Positions 25,222 to 34,856 of a DNA stretch of 64,000 bases are shown piece by piece; the stretch's first letter is position 1; the number at the start of each line of letters is the position of its first letter. The notes beneath the pieces are model-generated. The model saw only the letters and a program-made list of their open reading frames with translations, did not search any database and was not told the DNA's origin. Origin of the DNA: a virus; IMG/VR virus record IMGVR_UViG_3300020034_000008, positions 1 through 64,000 of that record; one strand, 5' to 3'. Made by a program: the position numbers and the translations under genes.

Positions 25222-25473
25222 ATGGCGACAGGACAAGGCAAAGCACGTAGCAACATGGTGAAGGCTACTCGTTCGGGGCGGTTCCCGAATGCGTACGGAA
25301 CATCTCAGGGAGAAACGTCTGGTGCGGGGTCTATCTTTGCAGCGGAACTAAACGAGAGACCGAATACCTCGAATCCGCGTAATCAAGGCCCTGTGCGTGG
25401 TGGATCCCTTGTTGGTGAATCCACTATTCCTATTGCTACATTTGAAGATCGACAAGTTGATAAAATTACCTAA
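25222..25473 (+). CDS. hypothetical low-complexity protein
   Basis: AAGGAG RBS. Confidence 0.65.
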   Translation: MATGQGKARSNMVKATRSGRFPNAYGTSQGETSGAGSIFAAELNERPNTSNPRNQGPVRGGSLVGESTIPIATFEDRQVDKIT

Positions 25474-25516
25474 AAGGTAGGTTGATTTAAAACATTAAAC
25501 GTTTGTAGGTGAAACT

Positions 25517-26716
25517 ATGCCAAATTTAGCACCGACTTTAGCACAGAGCACACCAACGCTTAACGGCGTTGTTGGGCAAGACTTGACACCTGTTGTGGAA
25601 TCCCCGGCAAGTACACCTTCGACCGAAGCACTTGACATCAATAATCCAACAGTTCGTACATTGATTGAAAATGCTAGGTCTGAGGAGAAGACGAAACTGT
25701 ACGCGACAATCGAATCGTTGAAGGAAGAGATCAAAGGTCTTAAGTCAAAGCTGTCTGAAAAGATGAGCCCAGACGAAAAGATGGTACAGATGATCGAAGA
25801 CCTTCAGCGACAGGTAACAGAGTCAACTGAACGATTTAATGCTCTTGTTAGCCAGGCAGACGTTGATAGGCAGAATTATGCTACTGCACTCAAAAATGCC
25901 AAACTACAAGGTTATTTAGATCGTAGGTTACGCGAGGAAAAAGACAAAGGTACGAAGCTTGTGCTCGAAATGGTTGTTGGGTCTACAGAACAGGAGATCG
26001 AACAATCTATCGTAGCGTCTGCGGCTGAAGAGTCTAGACGGCGAGCAATGTACCTTCAGGAGTTTCAGCAGCAATACGGCACTAATGGCGGGACTGTTGT
26101 ACCAGTTTCCGTTACCGCTGTTCCTGTTGTTGTTACACCTACGGTTCAACCAGCGGCGTTTCCTGCGCCGTTGAACGCATCACCAATTCCTAACGCTGAT
26201 CCAGGATCAGAAGCTTTTGTTGCGCGAGTAGCAGAGCTTACGTCCCCTGAAGCAGTGCGTAGTGGTGATTATGCGAAGAATCGTACTGAATTGCTGGCCG
26301 CTGTACGACAAGGGAGAGTACCTCCTGCCGGCGTACCGTTTGCCAACATGCCACGCGCGTATGTGCCGCAACAGCAGCATGGACAAGTTACACAGCCAAC
26401 AGGACACCCTACTGGCCCTGTGATGAATCCTAATATGCGTACTTCTGCGCCACAGCCTCTTCCTATTGCAACAACACAACCAGTTAGTGCTACAGGTGTT
26501 CAGCCTGTGATGGCACCAGCACCTGCTGAAGGATCTGCAATCGCAGAGATGCGAGCACAGGCTATTCAGCACGCTACTACCGCTCTTGCTAATCCAGCGC
26601 ACGCTGGGCGCGCAGAAGTCACTAGCGGTAGGCCAACAGCACATCCTGAATATGGTGGAGTTGCAATGAGAACCCCTGTATTCGACGGTCGTAATCCGAT
26701 GGAACGCACAACGTAG
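25517..26716 (+). CDS. capsid scaffolding protein
   Basis: Coiled coil (ARSEEKTKLY..IE.LKEE) plus Pro/Ala-rich tail, directly upstream of the capsid gene. Confidence 0.7.
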   Translation: MPNLAPTLAQSTPTLNGVVGQDLTPVVESPASTPSTEALDINNPTVRTLIENARSEEKTKLYATIESLKEEIKGLKSKLSEKMSPDEKMVQMIEDLQRQVTESTERFNALVSQADVDRQNYATALKNAKLQGYLDRRLREEKDKGTKLVLEMVVGSTEQEIEQSIVASAAEESRRRAMYLQEFQQQYGTNGGTVVPVSVTAVPVVVTPTVQPAAFPAPLNASPIPNADPGSEAFVARVAELTSPEAVRSGDYAKNRTELLAAVRQGRVPPAGVPFANMPRAYVPQQQHGQVTQPTGHPTGPVMNPNMRTSAPQPLPIATTQPVSATGVQPVMAPAPAEGSAIAEMRAQAIQHATTALANPAHAGRAEVTSGRPTAHPEYGGVAMRTPVFDGRNPMERTT

Positions 26717-26787
26717 GAAACAAGTCAAAATCTAAACGCATACAACGTTTAGATACATTTAACAAGACAACCGAGGAGTAAGGACCA

Positions 26788-27771
26788 ATGCCCAGCGTAC
26801 TCAATACAGCCGTCACTACAGGCCCTGGTTTTAACCAGATGCTTGACGCTACCCGCGACGTGTTCTCTGCCGAAATATGGTTTGCAGCCCTTCCAGTGCT
26901 GAAGTTTGACCAGTTCACTACCAAGAAGACAGAACTTGGTGTGCAGCCTGGAAAGACGATCTTGATTCCCAAGTACGGGAATATCAAGCGCGGTGGAAAG
27001 CTTGTCGAAGGTGTGCGCATGAAAACGCAGGCTATGAGCCTGACGTCTCAAGCCATTACTGTGGACGAGTATGGTAATGCCATCGGATTTAGCGAGTACC
27101 TGTTGCAGGTGTCGTTCTACGACCAGCTTTCGGCTGCGTCGCTGTTGCTTGGTCGCGATATGGCAGTTGTGCTTGATACCGTTCTGCGTGACGCGATCAT
27201 GCTGGGCACAAACGTTATTTATGCGGCTGGTGGTACTTCTCGTGTGACTATTGCTGCTACTGCTGTGTTTGATACTCGCGTGATTAAAGACGCTGTTGAG
27301 GTTCTTGAGACCAATAACGTCCCTAAGTGGGGTGGCGACCATTACATTTGTTTCTTGCACCCACATCAGGCTCGTGGGTTGAGAGACGATAACGACTGGA
27401 TTAATGCTTCGCTGTACTCTGGGGCTACTCAGATCTACACAGGAGAGATTGGTCGTTACGAAGATACACGATTCATCAGCACAACTGTTATGCCGAACGG
27501 CAAAAACTCTGCTGTTGACGCTATTACTGGTGACTTCGCTGACATCGGATACTCGGCTGTTCTTGACAACGCTGGTGTTGGTGGCACTGTTGATGTTTAT
27601 CAGGCTGTGTTTTTTGGCGAGTATGCTCTTGGTCATGCGACCGCTTTACCTGTTGAGCTTCGTGATAACGGCGTTGAAGACTTCGGCCGTGAACACGGCT
27701 TGGCTTGGTATTCTATCTTTGGCCAAGGAATCTTAGAGAATAATAACGTCGTGATCGCTGAAACGGCGTAA
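26788..27771 (+). CDS. major capsid protein (N4 gp56-like, HK97 fold)
   Basis: F.QF..K..ELG..PG.TI, EYGNA, HP.Q..GLR.D..W, GEIG.YE..RFI, DFGR motifs; GAGGAG RBS. Confidence 0.92.
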   Translation: MPSVLNTAVTTGPGFNQMLDATRDVFSAEIWFAALPVLKFDQFTTKKTELGVQPGKTILIPKYGNIKRGGKLVEGVRMKTQAMSLTSQAITVDEYGNAIGFSEYLLQVSFYDQLSAASLLLGRDMAVVLDTVLRDAIMLGTNVIYAAGGTSRVTIAATAVFDTRVIKDAVEVLETNNVPKWGGDHYICFLHPHQARGLRDDNDWINASLYSGATQIYTGEIGRYEDTRFISTTVMPNGKNSAVDAITGDFADIGYSAVLDNAGVGGTVDVYQAVFFGEYALGHATALPVELRDNGVEDFGREHGLAWYSIFGQGILENNNVVIAETA

Positions 27772-27803
27772 TCTCTAACAAAAGATAACAAGGAGAATCA
27801 AAC

Positions 27804-28469
27804 ATGGCTTTAGTTGCGAATGTTCCTATCATTGATGCCCCTCACCCTGGCATCAACGAGTCTATTCTTCAAGAATCTCCAATTCTATTGGAGGTTCCGC
27901 TGGCGATGCCTGATGATGACACAACTGCCTACGTCTTTACTGGTGCAGGCCAGTCTGGACTTCCGCCTCGTACTGTTACAGTGCTTCGTCACACTGGTGG
28001 CGATATTACTAACACTGTCAACGCGAACTGGGCTGTTAATAACGGTGATACTATTCTGTATCAGGTTGATGCTGGAGGAACTGGCAAGTTTGTGCAGTTT
28101 ACGCACGCACTAGCCGGTGTTACCAACGGCGCCGCTACCGCTGTTCAGGTTGCTGCATCGCTAAATGCTGATACAACGTTCAAGAAGACTGCTGTTGCTG
28201 TTGCTGGTTTGACAGCCAATAGAGTTTCTATTTTCGCAACATTGCCACGCTCTGCCATTCGTGTTGTTGGTGGTACGGCGCAAACTGTTATTCTGTTCCC
28301 AGGAACGGCAGCAGATTACCAGGCTCGCACCTATGTGTCACAGTCAGTGTCTGTAATTGCTGGCGGTACAGGTTGGTCTTGGTCTTATGCTGCTGCTACT
28401 AAGACTTTGACTGTACAGAATGAGACAGGTGGTGCTGTTAACCGTGTTTTGATTGTGATTGAGCGTTAA
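27804..28469 (+). CDS. putative capsid decoration/structural protein
   Basis: Follows MCP, strong RBS, Ala/Thr/Val beta-rich. Confidence 0.6.
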   Translation: MALVANVPIIDAPHPGINESILQESPILLEVPLAMPDDDTTAYVFTGAGQSGLPPRTVTVLRHTGGDITNTVNANWAVNNGDTILYQVDAGGTGKFVQFTHALAGVTNGAATAVQVAASLNADTTFKKTAVAVAGLTANRVSIFATLPRSAIRVVGGTAQTVILFPGTAADYQARTYVSQSVSVIAGGTGWSWSYAAATKTLTVQNETGGAVNRVLIVIER

Positions 28470-28499
28470 ACAACAGTATATTGAACAGGAGTACATGAA

Positions 28500-28835
28500 A
28501 TGGCGTTTACTAGACGACAGCAGCATACTGCTGCTAAATCGACAGAACACGAAGCTGTAGAGCCACACGATGATGATGCTGTTGCTACTGCTGCTGAATT
28601 GTCTGATGATGAAGCATCTGAAACACCGACTGCAGCCAAGTCAGAGCCTAAGATCGAAGAGATTGAAGTGGCTGACGTGGTTGCAGTAGTTGAAGAGAAA
28701 CTTGTAACAATCGTACCGCACGTTACGCTTACATCGTGTCGTATTGGGCCGAAGATGTACTCTTTTCTTAAAGGTGTTCCTGTTAAGGTCCCAGCTGGTG
28801 TTAGAGCACATCTTCAGGAAAAGGGTATTTGTTAG
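28500..28835 (+). CDS. hypothetical head-associated protein
   Basis: Acidic N-terminus, G...KVP..V..HL.EKG C-terminus. Confidence 0.6.
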   Translation: MAFTRRQQHTAAKSTEHEAVEPHDDDAVATAAELSDDEASETPTAAKSEPKIEEIEVADVVAVVEEKLVTIVPHVTLTSCRIGPKMYSFLKGVPVKVPAGVRAHLQEKGIC

Positions 28836-28876
28836 TTCTCTAGTTTTATTAACCTCTCTACACGAAAGGCTATACG

Positions 28877-30340
28877 GTGGGCATTGCTCAGTCTCTAGTT
28901 GCGCAGCTTAGACGCCGCGTAATGGATGAGCGTGTTAGCCGTGTAGCCTTTCGTTTGCAGTGCATAGACGAAGCAGCTACTGATTGTCTTATTAGTATCA
29001 CTAATCGACAGTTACAGAGCAACGTTCTTAATGGTCGTATAGCTGAAGATTTGGCTATAGACCTTGAAGCTACATCATCTTTCTCTGTTAAGCAGTTAAT
29101 AGAAGCTATAAATGATACTCCTGGCTACAGAGCAGTAGCTGAGAGTGATATAGAGCCGAATCATCCTGCCGATGACTTAGAAATTGTCGGCAGTATGTCA
29201 ATCGTTGATGAAGCTGCAACGTTAAAGCATCATCTGTTTAGCGACGATGAGATGCTTGAAATTGTCGACAACGCTTGTCGACGACACAATGTCTCATATA
29301 CTCCAGAAACTCTGCCTCAGAATGAGTTTATATTCGTTCTGATGTTGGGCCACGCTGAGGTTTCTCGTAGGCTGGCTAGTGATGCAGCTAAACGGCGAAA
29401 CCTTCAGAGCAGTGCAGACCAGCTTCTTGAGGTGGCGCGTGATTTAGAGGTTGCATATGCGAACGATATACGCAGACAGCAACGCGCGATCCCTGTCCCA
29501 AAGCTTGACGAGAATAAGGTAGACCAAGGCGATGTAGTTATTGGCACATTTTCGCGCCGGTCACCACGCAATGGCTTCATGGCTCCTCTGTCTAATGAAG
29601 GTTTGTTGACAGCCAGTAAGTTACTTGAGATAGCACCTGACGATGTAGAAGATACAAAAGTTACTTTGCGTTGGGATCGAAACAGCGACATTAGATTTTA
29701 CTCGTATGAACTTTGGCGTGACACTGTGCCTGATGTTCAGCGACAAGACACGTATTACAGATCAAATTATCACACATCTGAACTTCTTAGACTACAATTT
29801 AAGCATCCGTCTACATCGAAGTTAGTATATAGGTCTTATGGCCCGTATAGTTCTAGAGATGCAAGTAGTTATATGTACCAGGCTGGTCAGTTAGCGACTA
29901 CGTTTGTTGATGTAGGATCTGGTGATCAAGCTGGACAGGCACCCGACTCTGTTATTATGGCACCACCACTTGAGCCAGATACTGTTTACTATTGGCGATT
30001 GTATATAATTGGAATGAATTATGAAGTTGTGCCTTCTAATGTTGTGTCAGCTAAAACAAAGAGTCTTCGCGCTTTGTTCGCAATAACGACACCTATTACA
30101 CCTATTTTAGGCTTGGCTGGCTCAACGTTTACTGTGAAGGGTGAACGATTTGACTCTACAGTTGGTCTTACACTTGGCGGCAAAACTATTGTGCCAACAG
30201 TGTTGAACCCAACTACAATGACGGCTGTTGTTCCTACGTTTAATAGCCCAGCAGCTAAAGGCACGCGTTATGACGCTGTGCTGTCGTCTGCTAGTGGCTT
30301 AAAAGACGTGATTGTGCAAGCTTTTCAGTATACAGGCTAA
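28877..30340 (+). CDS. head-tail adaptor/neck protein with FN3-like and IPT/TIG-like domains
   Basis: Position; FSDDEM helix motif; VTLRW...LEPDTVYYWRL (FN3); P..G..G..FTVKG..F (TIG). Confidence 0.6.
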   Translation: MGIAQSLVAQLRRRVMDERVSRVAFRLQCIDEAATDCLISITNRQLQSNVLNGRIAEDLAIDLEATSSFSVKQLIEAINDTPGYRAVAESDIEPNHPADDLEIVGSMSIVDEAATLKHHLFSDDEMLEIVDNACRRHNVSYTPETLPQNEFIFVLMLGHAEVSRRLASDAAKRRNLQSSADQLLEVARDLEVAYANDIRRQQRAIPVPKLDENKVDQGDVVIGTFSRRSPRNGFMAPLSNEGLLTASKLLEIAPDDVEDTKVTLRWDRNSDIRFYSYELWRDTVPDVQRQDTYYRSNYHTSELLRLQFKHPSTSKLVYRSYGPYSSRDASSYMYQAGQLATTFVDVGSGDQAGQAPDSVIMAPPLEPDTVYYWRLYIIGMNYEVVPSNVVSAKTKSLRALFAITTPITPILGLAGSTFTVKGERFDSTVGLTLGGKTIVPTVLNPTTMTAVVPTFNSPAAKGTRYDAVLSSASGLKDVIVQAFQYTG

Positions 30341-30342
30341 GT

Positions 30343-30840
30343 ATGATTACTGTTAAAACAACAGGTGGTTGGGGTACCTTCGCTGGCACGATTAGCCAAG
30401 CTAAGGGAAAAATACGCACAGAAGGCAATAAAGCTGTAAAGAAATTAGCTGATGATGCTTATGGACATCTTGTAGAAGATATAGTTCTACAGCGGCTAAC
30501 GTTGGCACCTCTGTCAGCACCATATGCTTCAACTAAGCCTCCTGGTAGACCAATACTCATGAATTCACAAGAGTATGTTTTACAACTTGGCGTACTTAAA
30601 GACCAAGGTGGTTATCGTCTAGGTTTAAAGAAGGGCTCAAAACTTAAAGGCGACGATAGCAGTCGACATGTAACGAGACGTCGTAATAAGGGTGCTTCAC
30701 TAGAACAAGTGGCAACGTATCTTGAATTTGGTACTTCTAGAATGCCACCACGTCCGCATTGGCGTACTACAGAGGCGTGGGTAAAAACACAGGTTGGTGA
30801 TAGGGGTTTAGACGTTTTGAAAGACGTCTTTAAGACTTAA
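30343..30840 (+). CDS. neck/tail-completion protein (HK97 gp10-like)
   Basis: PLS..YA..K and A.YLEFGTSRMPPRPHW motifs. Confidence 0.75.
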   Translation: MITVKTTGGWGTFAGTISQAKGKIRTEGNKAVKKLADDAYGHLVEDIVLQRLTLAPLSAPYASTKPPGRPILMNSQEYVLQLGVLKDQGGYRLGLKKGSKLKGDDSSRHVTRRRNKGASLEQVATYLEFGTSRMPPRPHWRTTEAWVKTQVGDRGLDVLKDVFKT

Positions 30841-31604
30841 TGCCGTTCAATTCTGTAGACATAGCAGTTGGCTATGCTCTATTAGGCATTGACCCTGTTA
30901 AGCCTACGTTACAGACGGCTGATTTAGGTGGTATTGGTCGTGGTTTTAAGACCGCCGCTTTTGACGGTGTACGTGGCGACATGGCTAAGTCTCAGACTAG
31001 GCTTGGTAGTCGTCATATTTCGTTTAACGGCGTTAAGACAGAGATACCTGTGTTTAGATTTGCTACACGAGGTAGGCGTATTGTTGAAACGTGGCCATCT
31101 TTGTCTTTTGAGTTGGTAAACTTTAGTTTTGCACCACAACGCTACATATGGCGAGCAGATCAGTTTAGAGACCCTGTTTCTACATCGTTTAAGTCTTACA
31201 CAGAGACTACTTGGTCTGGTAAGAAAATGCCAGGAGTAACAAAAGAAGGACCAACTTTGTTAAGTGTAAGAGACAATCCAGAGCCTTTTGATTTGATGTT
31301 TGAGGTCAGGTCTTGGTCTAAAGAGGCGATTGAATCTTACGCATTAAATCGAGTTATACTTGAGACATTTCCAGCCCGTGGTGCTCTTAAATTTGTTCAG
31401 GAGAGTGGCGAACCTAAAGTATGTGAGATGGCTCTACAGTCCGTCATATGCATGGACGATGACGAGCCAACGCTTGAAGATTCCGAGAAGGCTGCTTTCT
31501 CGTGGGTTTACACTTATGTTGTTGAGACATTCCTTGATAACACTGAAGTTGTAACCTTGAAACGAACTATCACACAACCAGAGTTAACTGTGGGGATTTT
31601 ATAA
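30840..31604 (+). CDS. putative tail terminator/sheath stabiliser
   Basis: Position before sheath; P.PFDL.FEV..WS motif. Confidence 0.6.
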   Translation: MPFNSVDIAVGYALLGIDPVKPTLQTADLGGIGRGFKTAAFDGVRGDMAKSQTRLGSRHISFNGVKTEIPVFRFATRGRRIVETWPSLSFELVNFSFAPQRYIWRADQFRDPVSTSFKSYTETTWSGKKMPGVTKEGPTLLSVRDNPEPFDLMFEVRSWSKEAIESYALNRVILETFPARGALKFVQESGEPKVCEMALQSVICMDDDEPTLEDSEKAAFSWVYTYVVETFLDNTEVVTLKRTITQPELTVGIL

Positions 31605-31819
31605 TGGCTTTTGAAATTACTAATCAGACACGCCAGCAGCATGTGTACAACCTGCTTAGTGGCAAGTCTATAACTCTTATGCCTGTTATGTCTACAGACA
31701 CTACAGGTCGTACTGACGTGGCTATGGTTGCCGAGAGCGACGCTACGTCTTCTGATATTGTTAATGGATGTATTGTTGGTGATATTGCCATTCGGCAGAT
31801 TCACACAGACCAAGATTAA
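31604..31819 (+). CDS. hypothetical protein
   Basis: 71-aa ORF before sheath. Confidence 0.6.
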   Translation: MAFEITNQTRQQHVYNLLSGKSITLMPVMSTDTTGRTDVAMVAESDATSSDIVNGCIVGDIAIRQIHTDQD

Positions 31820-31868
31820 GTTAATTTTGTACCGATAAATAGTCGGTACCAAACAAGGGAGTCTACAG

Positions 31869-33635
31869 ATGGCCGAAATGTTAAGCCCCGGTGTGCAGTT
31901 TACAGAGCCGCGCACGGCTCCCAACGATGTGCCCAGTGCATCCACAGCTGTTGGTTTGATGCTTGGCATTGCCGAACGTGGGCCAATCAATGATGCACAA
32001 CTTATCGGTGACTTTGGTACCTACGTGCGAATTTTCGGTAACTACTACCTTGGTAGCCCGCTGCCTGGAAGTGTTAAAGGATTCTTCGATAACGGCGGCA
32101 AGTCTCTGTGGGTTACTCGCGTTGGGCACTATACAACGATCACTGATGCAACTACGCTCGATGCTGTTAAAGCTATTTATCAATTGCAAGGTGATGGTCC
32201 TGCGAATACAGCGCTTATCTCTGCGTCGTCACATGGCCAGCACGGCAATGCTCTGTCTGTCACAACTGCACGAGTTAACACTCTGATTGCGAAAACAACG
32301 GCACTGTTAGCTGCGTCTGCGCAGTTGTCTGCACCTCTTGACGACGTTAGACGAGTTTACGTTGGTGCTCAACTTCTTCTTGCAGATGCTGGTACACCTT
32401 CACAGCACGCGCGTGTAGTTGTTACACGAGTTGATTCAGCTCAAAAGCTGGTATATTTTATATCAACTACGCCTACTGGTGCTATTGCGTCTGGTGGCAC
32501 AGTTACTCTTGAAGAGTCTGACATATCGATCTTGCGCGAAGGATCGTTTATTGAGAGAATTTCTCGCCTTGCTATGTCAACGTTGGCTGGAGAGTTATAC
32601 TTCAAGGATAAAATCAACAATAAAGATCCTGTACGTCAGATTGAAGTTACAACTGACAGTGCGTTGGCTGCAACTAATGCCGTTGATCCTCGTCCGCTTG
32701 TTGTTACAAGTCAGCCACTAACTACTGGCTCTGACGGTACTACACCTAATGATGTTGACCATGTTGGAAGTTCTGCTTCTGCCACTGGTTTATACTCGTT
32801 TGATGTCATTAGCCAAGGTAATCTTTTAGCAATCCCTGGACGTCCTACACTAGCTGTGCATAACGGAATTATTACATACGCTGAAGCACGTAAGACGCTA
32901 TTTGCTATTCTGGCTGTTAACAAAGGCCAAACACCTATACAGGCTCTTACTTATGTGCAAACTACGGCTAATTTGTTCAGTGAGTACGCTGCTGTATATT
33001 ATCCTTGGATAAAGATTGCTGATGCAACTACTGGTCAGCTTGTTGACCATACTCCTGAAGGTATGATTATGGGTGACTACGCTCGCACAGACGCTACGCG
33101 CGGAGTGCAGAAAGCACCTGCAGGAACGCCGGATGGGCGATTGATTAATGCTCTTGGACCAGAACGTGTGCTTACTCAAACTGACCGTGATTTGCTGTAC
33201 CCTGCCAACATTAACCCGATTATTGCACCTACTGGGCAGGGGACGATTACGTATGGTTCGCGTACGTTGTCGTCGGGTGACTTCCGGCAGATAAACGTGC
33301 GCCGTGTGTTCCTCTTTTTCAAGTTGTCGTTAGATGCAGGTACAGCGTGGGTTGTGTTCGAAGAGAACAACTCACAGACTCGCGGTAAGGTGCGTAAGAC
33401 TGTGGCCGCGTTCTGCTTGCGCCAGTGGCGCAAGGGTGTGTTGATGGGTGACAAAGCATCGAACGCTTTTATAGTTCAGTGTGATGAAGACAACAATCCA
33501 CCTTCTGTAATTAATGCTGGACAACTCGTGTGTAGTGTTAGCTTGGCTGTTTCACGACCTGCCGAGTTTGTTACCTTTGAATTGCGACAGGATACGCGTA
33601 GCGCCGATGCAGAATTAGCGGCTGCTGGTCTTTAA
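31869..33635 (+). CDS. contractile tail sheath protein
   Basis: LSPGV..E, G.AERGP, FF.NGG, AAVYYPW, KAPAG, INVRR, W.VFE.N, PAEFV. Confidence 0.95.
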   Translation: MAEMLSPGVQFTEPRTAPNDVPSASTAVGLMLGIAERGPINDAQLIGDFGTYVRIFGNYYLGSPLPGSVKGFFDNGGKSLWVTRVGHYTTITDATTLDAVKAIYQLQGDGPANTALISASSHGQHGNALSVTTARVNTLIAKTTALLAASAQLSAPLDDVRRVYVGAQLLLADAGTPSQHARVVVTRVDSAQKLVYFISTTPTGAIASGGTVTLEESDISILREGSFIERISRLAMSTLAGELYFKDKINNKDPVRQIEVTTDSALAATNAVDPRPLVVTSQPLTTGSDGTTPNDVDHVGSSASATGLYSFDVISQGNLLAIPGRPTLAVHNGIITYAEARKTLFAILAVNKGQTPIQALTYVQTTANLFSEYAAVYYPWIKIADATTGQLVDHTPEGMIMGDYARTDATRGVQKAPAGTPDGRLINALGPERVLTQTDRDLLYPANINPIIAPTGQGTITYGSRTLSSGDFRQINVRRVFLFFKLSLDAGTAWVVFEENNSQTRGKVRKTVAAFCLRQWRKGVLMGDKASNAFIVQCDEDNNPPSVINAGQLVCSVSLAVSRPAEFVTFELRQDTRSADAELAAAGL

Positions 33636-33660
33636 TCTGTAACTTTACTAGGAGATATAA

Positions 33661-33693
33661 ATGTCACGTACCAGCGTTGAGACTAACAACTAA
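33661..33693 (+). pseudogene. truncated 5' end of the tail tube gene (MSRTSVE-TNN-stop)
   Basis: AGGAG RBS plus the same first 7 residues as the tube gene at 34326. Confidence 0.8.
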
Positions 33694-33696
33694 ACC

Positions 33697-34320
33697 ATGC
33701 CGTTCGGTCTCATTAAACGAAGGTTTGGCATAGAACGAGCGTGTGCTTGTGGCTGTGGTCTGCTATTACCAAAAACTGTCTATCACGGTAAGATGCGTGA
33801 GAAATATGGTAAATACCCGCGCTTTATAGTTGGTCACGCAACTAGAGATCCTAAAATAAAGTTGCTTATAAAAGGAAGACCAGACGTTATAAAGCAGTGG
33901 TTGATAGACAACGAAGGTAAGTTTAAGTGTCAGTGTGGAGGATGTGACAGAACTATTAAGTTACAACGAGACTACCACAGTAAAGGTGTGCCTCAATACG
34001 CGCATGGACACCACCCGAATAGTTCCAAAAGCTCTGCACAGTTGGAGTTAGGTATAAATACTATTAGGCGCAAATTTTTAATGGCAGACCGTGTAGACGC
34101 TCTTGTCAGGTATGACTATCTGTGCGCAGTTTGTGGGTGGGGTGGTAAAGATAACGTTAAATATTTTGAATTTGACCACATTGTTCCTATCGCTAAAGGT
34201 GGGCTAACATGTGCCGATAATTGTCAACCATTGTGTCGTACATGCCACAAAGCAAAAACTAAACAAGATAACAAAGAACGAACCACCCATGTTGTTGGGC
34301 AAGGGTTTAGAGGAGCGTAG
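33697..34320 (+). mobile_element. HNH homing endonuclease
   Basis: CAVCG...EFDHIVPIAKGG....NCQPLCRTCHKAKT; two N-terminal CxCG(G)C...GH repeats. Confidence 0.9.
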
Positions 34321-34325
34321 TATAC

Positions 34326-34793
34326 ATGAGTAGAACTAGCGTTGAGGACCCCCTTAAGGTTTTTAGATTCGTTGTTGAGATCAACGGAATGGCTAAGGCT
34401 GGGTTCATGGAATGCTCTGGCCTTGAACGTACCTCTGACGTTACAGAGTATCGTGAAGGTGGAGACAACTCTACTCCTCGCAAATCACCTGGCTTGTCCA
34501 AGTTCAGCGACATTACGTTGAAGCGTGGGCAGGTGATGGATGAGGGGCAGAATGATCTTTACAATTGGTCTCAAGAGGTGTTTGATGTCGAGTCTCTTGG
34601 TGTTGACGTGCGCGACTTCCGTCGCGATGTTGACATTGTTGTATTCGAGCGTGGCGGTTTGGAAGCTATTCGTTGGCGCGTACATAACGCTTTTCCGTCG
34701 CGATTTAAGACACCAGACATGAACGCTACCAGTAGTGACGATGCAATTGAAGAGATGGTATTGACATACGAGGGATTTCAGAAAGTCGTTTAG
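34326..34793 (+). CDS. tail tube protein (T4 gp19-like)
   Basis: DPL..FRF.VEI.G...GF.ECSGL, YREGG, PGL.KFSDITLKRG. Confidence 0.95.
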   Translation: MSRTSVEDPLKVFRFVVEINGMAKAGFMECSGLERTSDVTEYREGGDNSTPRKSPGLSKFSDITLKRGQVMDEGQNDLYNWSQEVFDVESLGVDVRDFRRDVDIVVFERGGLEAIRWRVHNAFPSRFKTPDMNATSSDDAIEEMVLTYEGFQKVV

Positions 34794-34856
34794 TTAAACG
34801 AAGTTTGACTGTTATTTTATTTGCACTGAGATAGTCATGCACAGGAGAATTGACAT

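Noticed and set aside
33661-34346. Group I intron interrupting the tube gene
   Set aside because: The HNH ORF fills almost the whole insert, leaving no evident ribozyme core; the repeat junctions do not give U/G splice sites; the downstream copy has its own RBS and ATG
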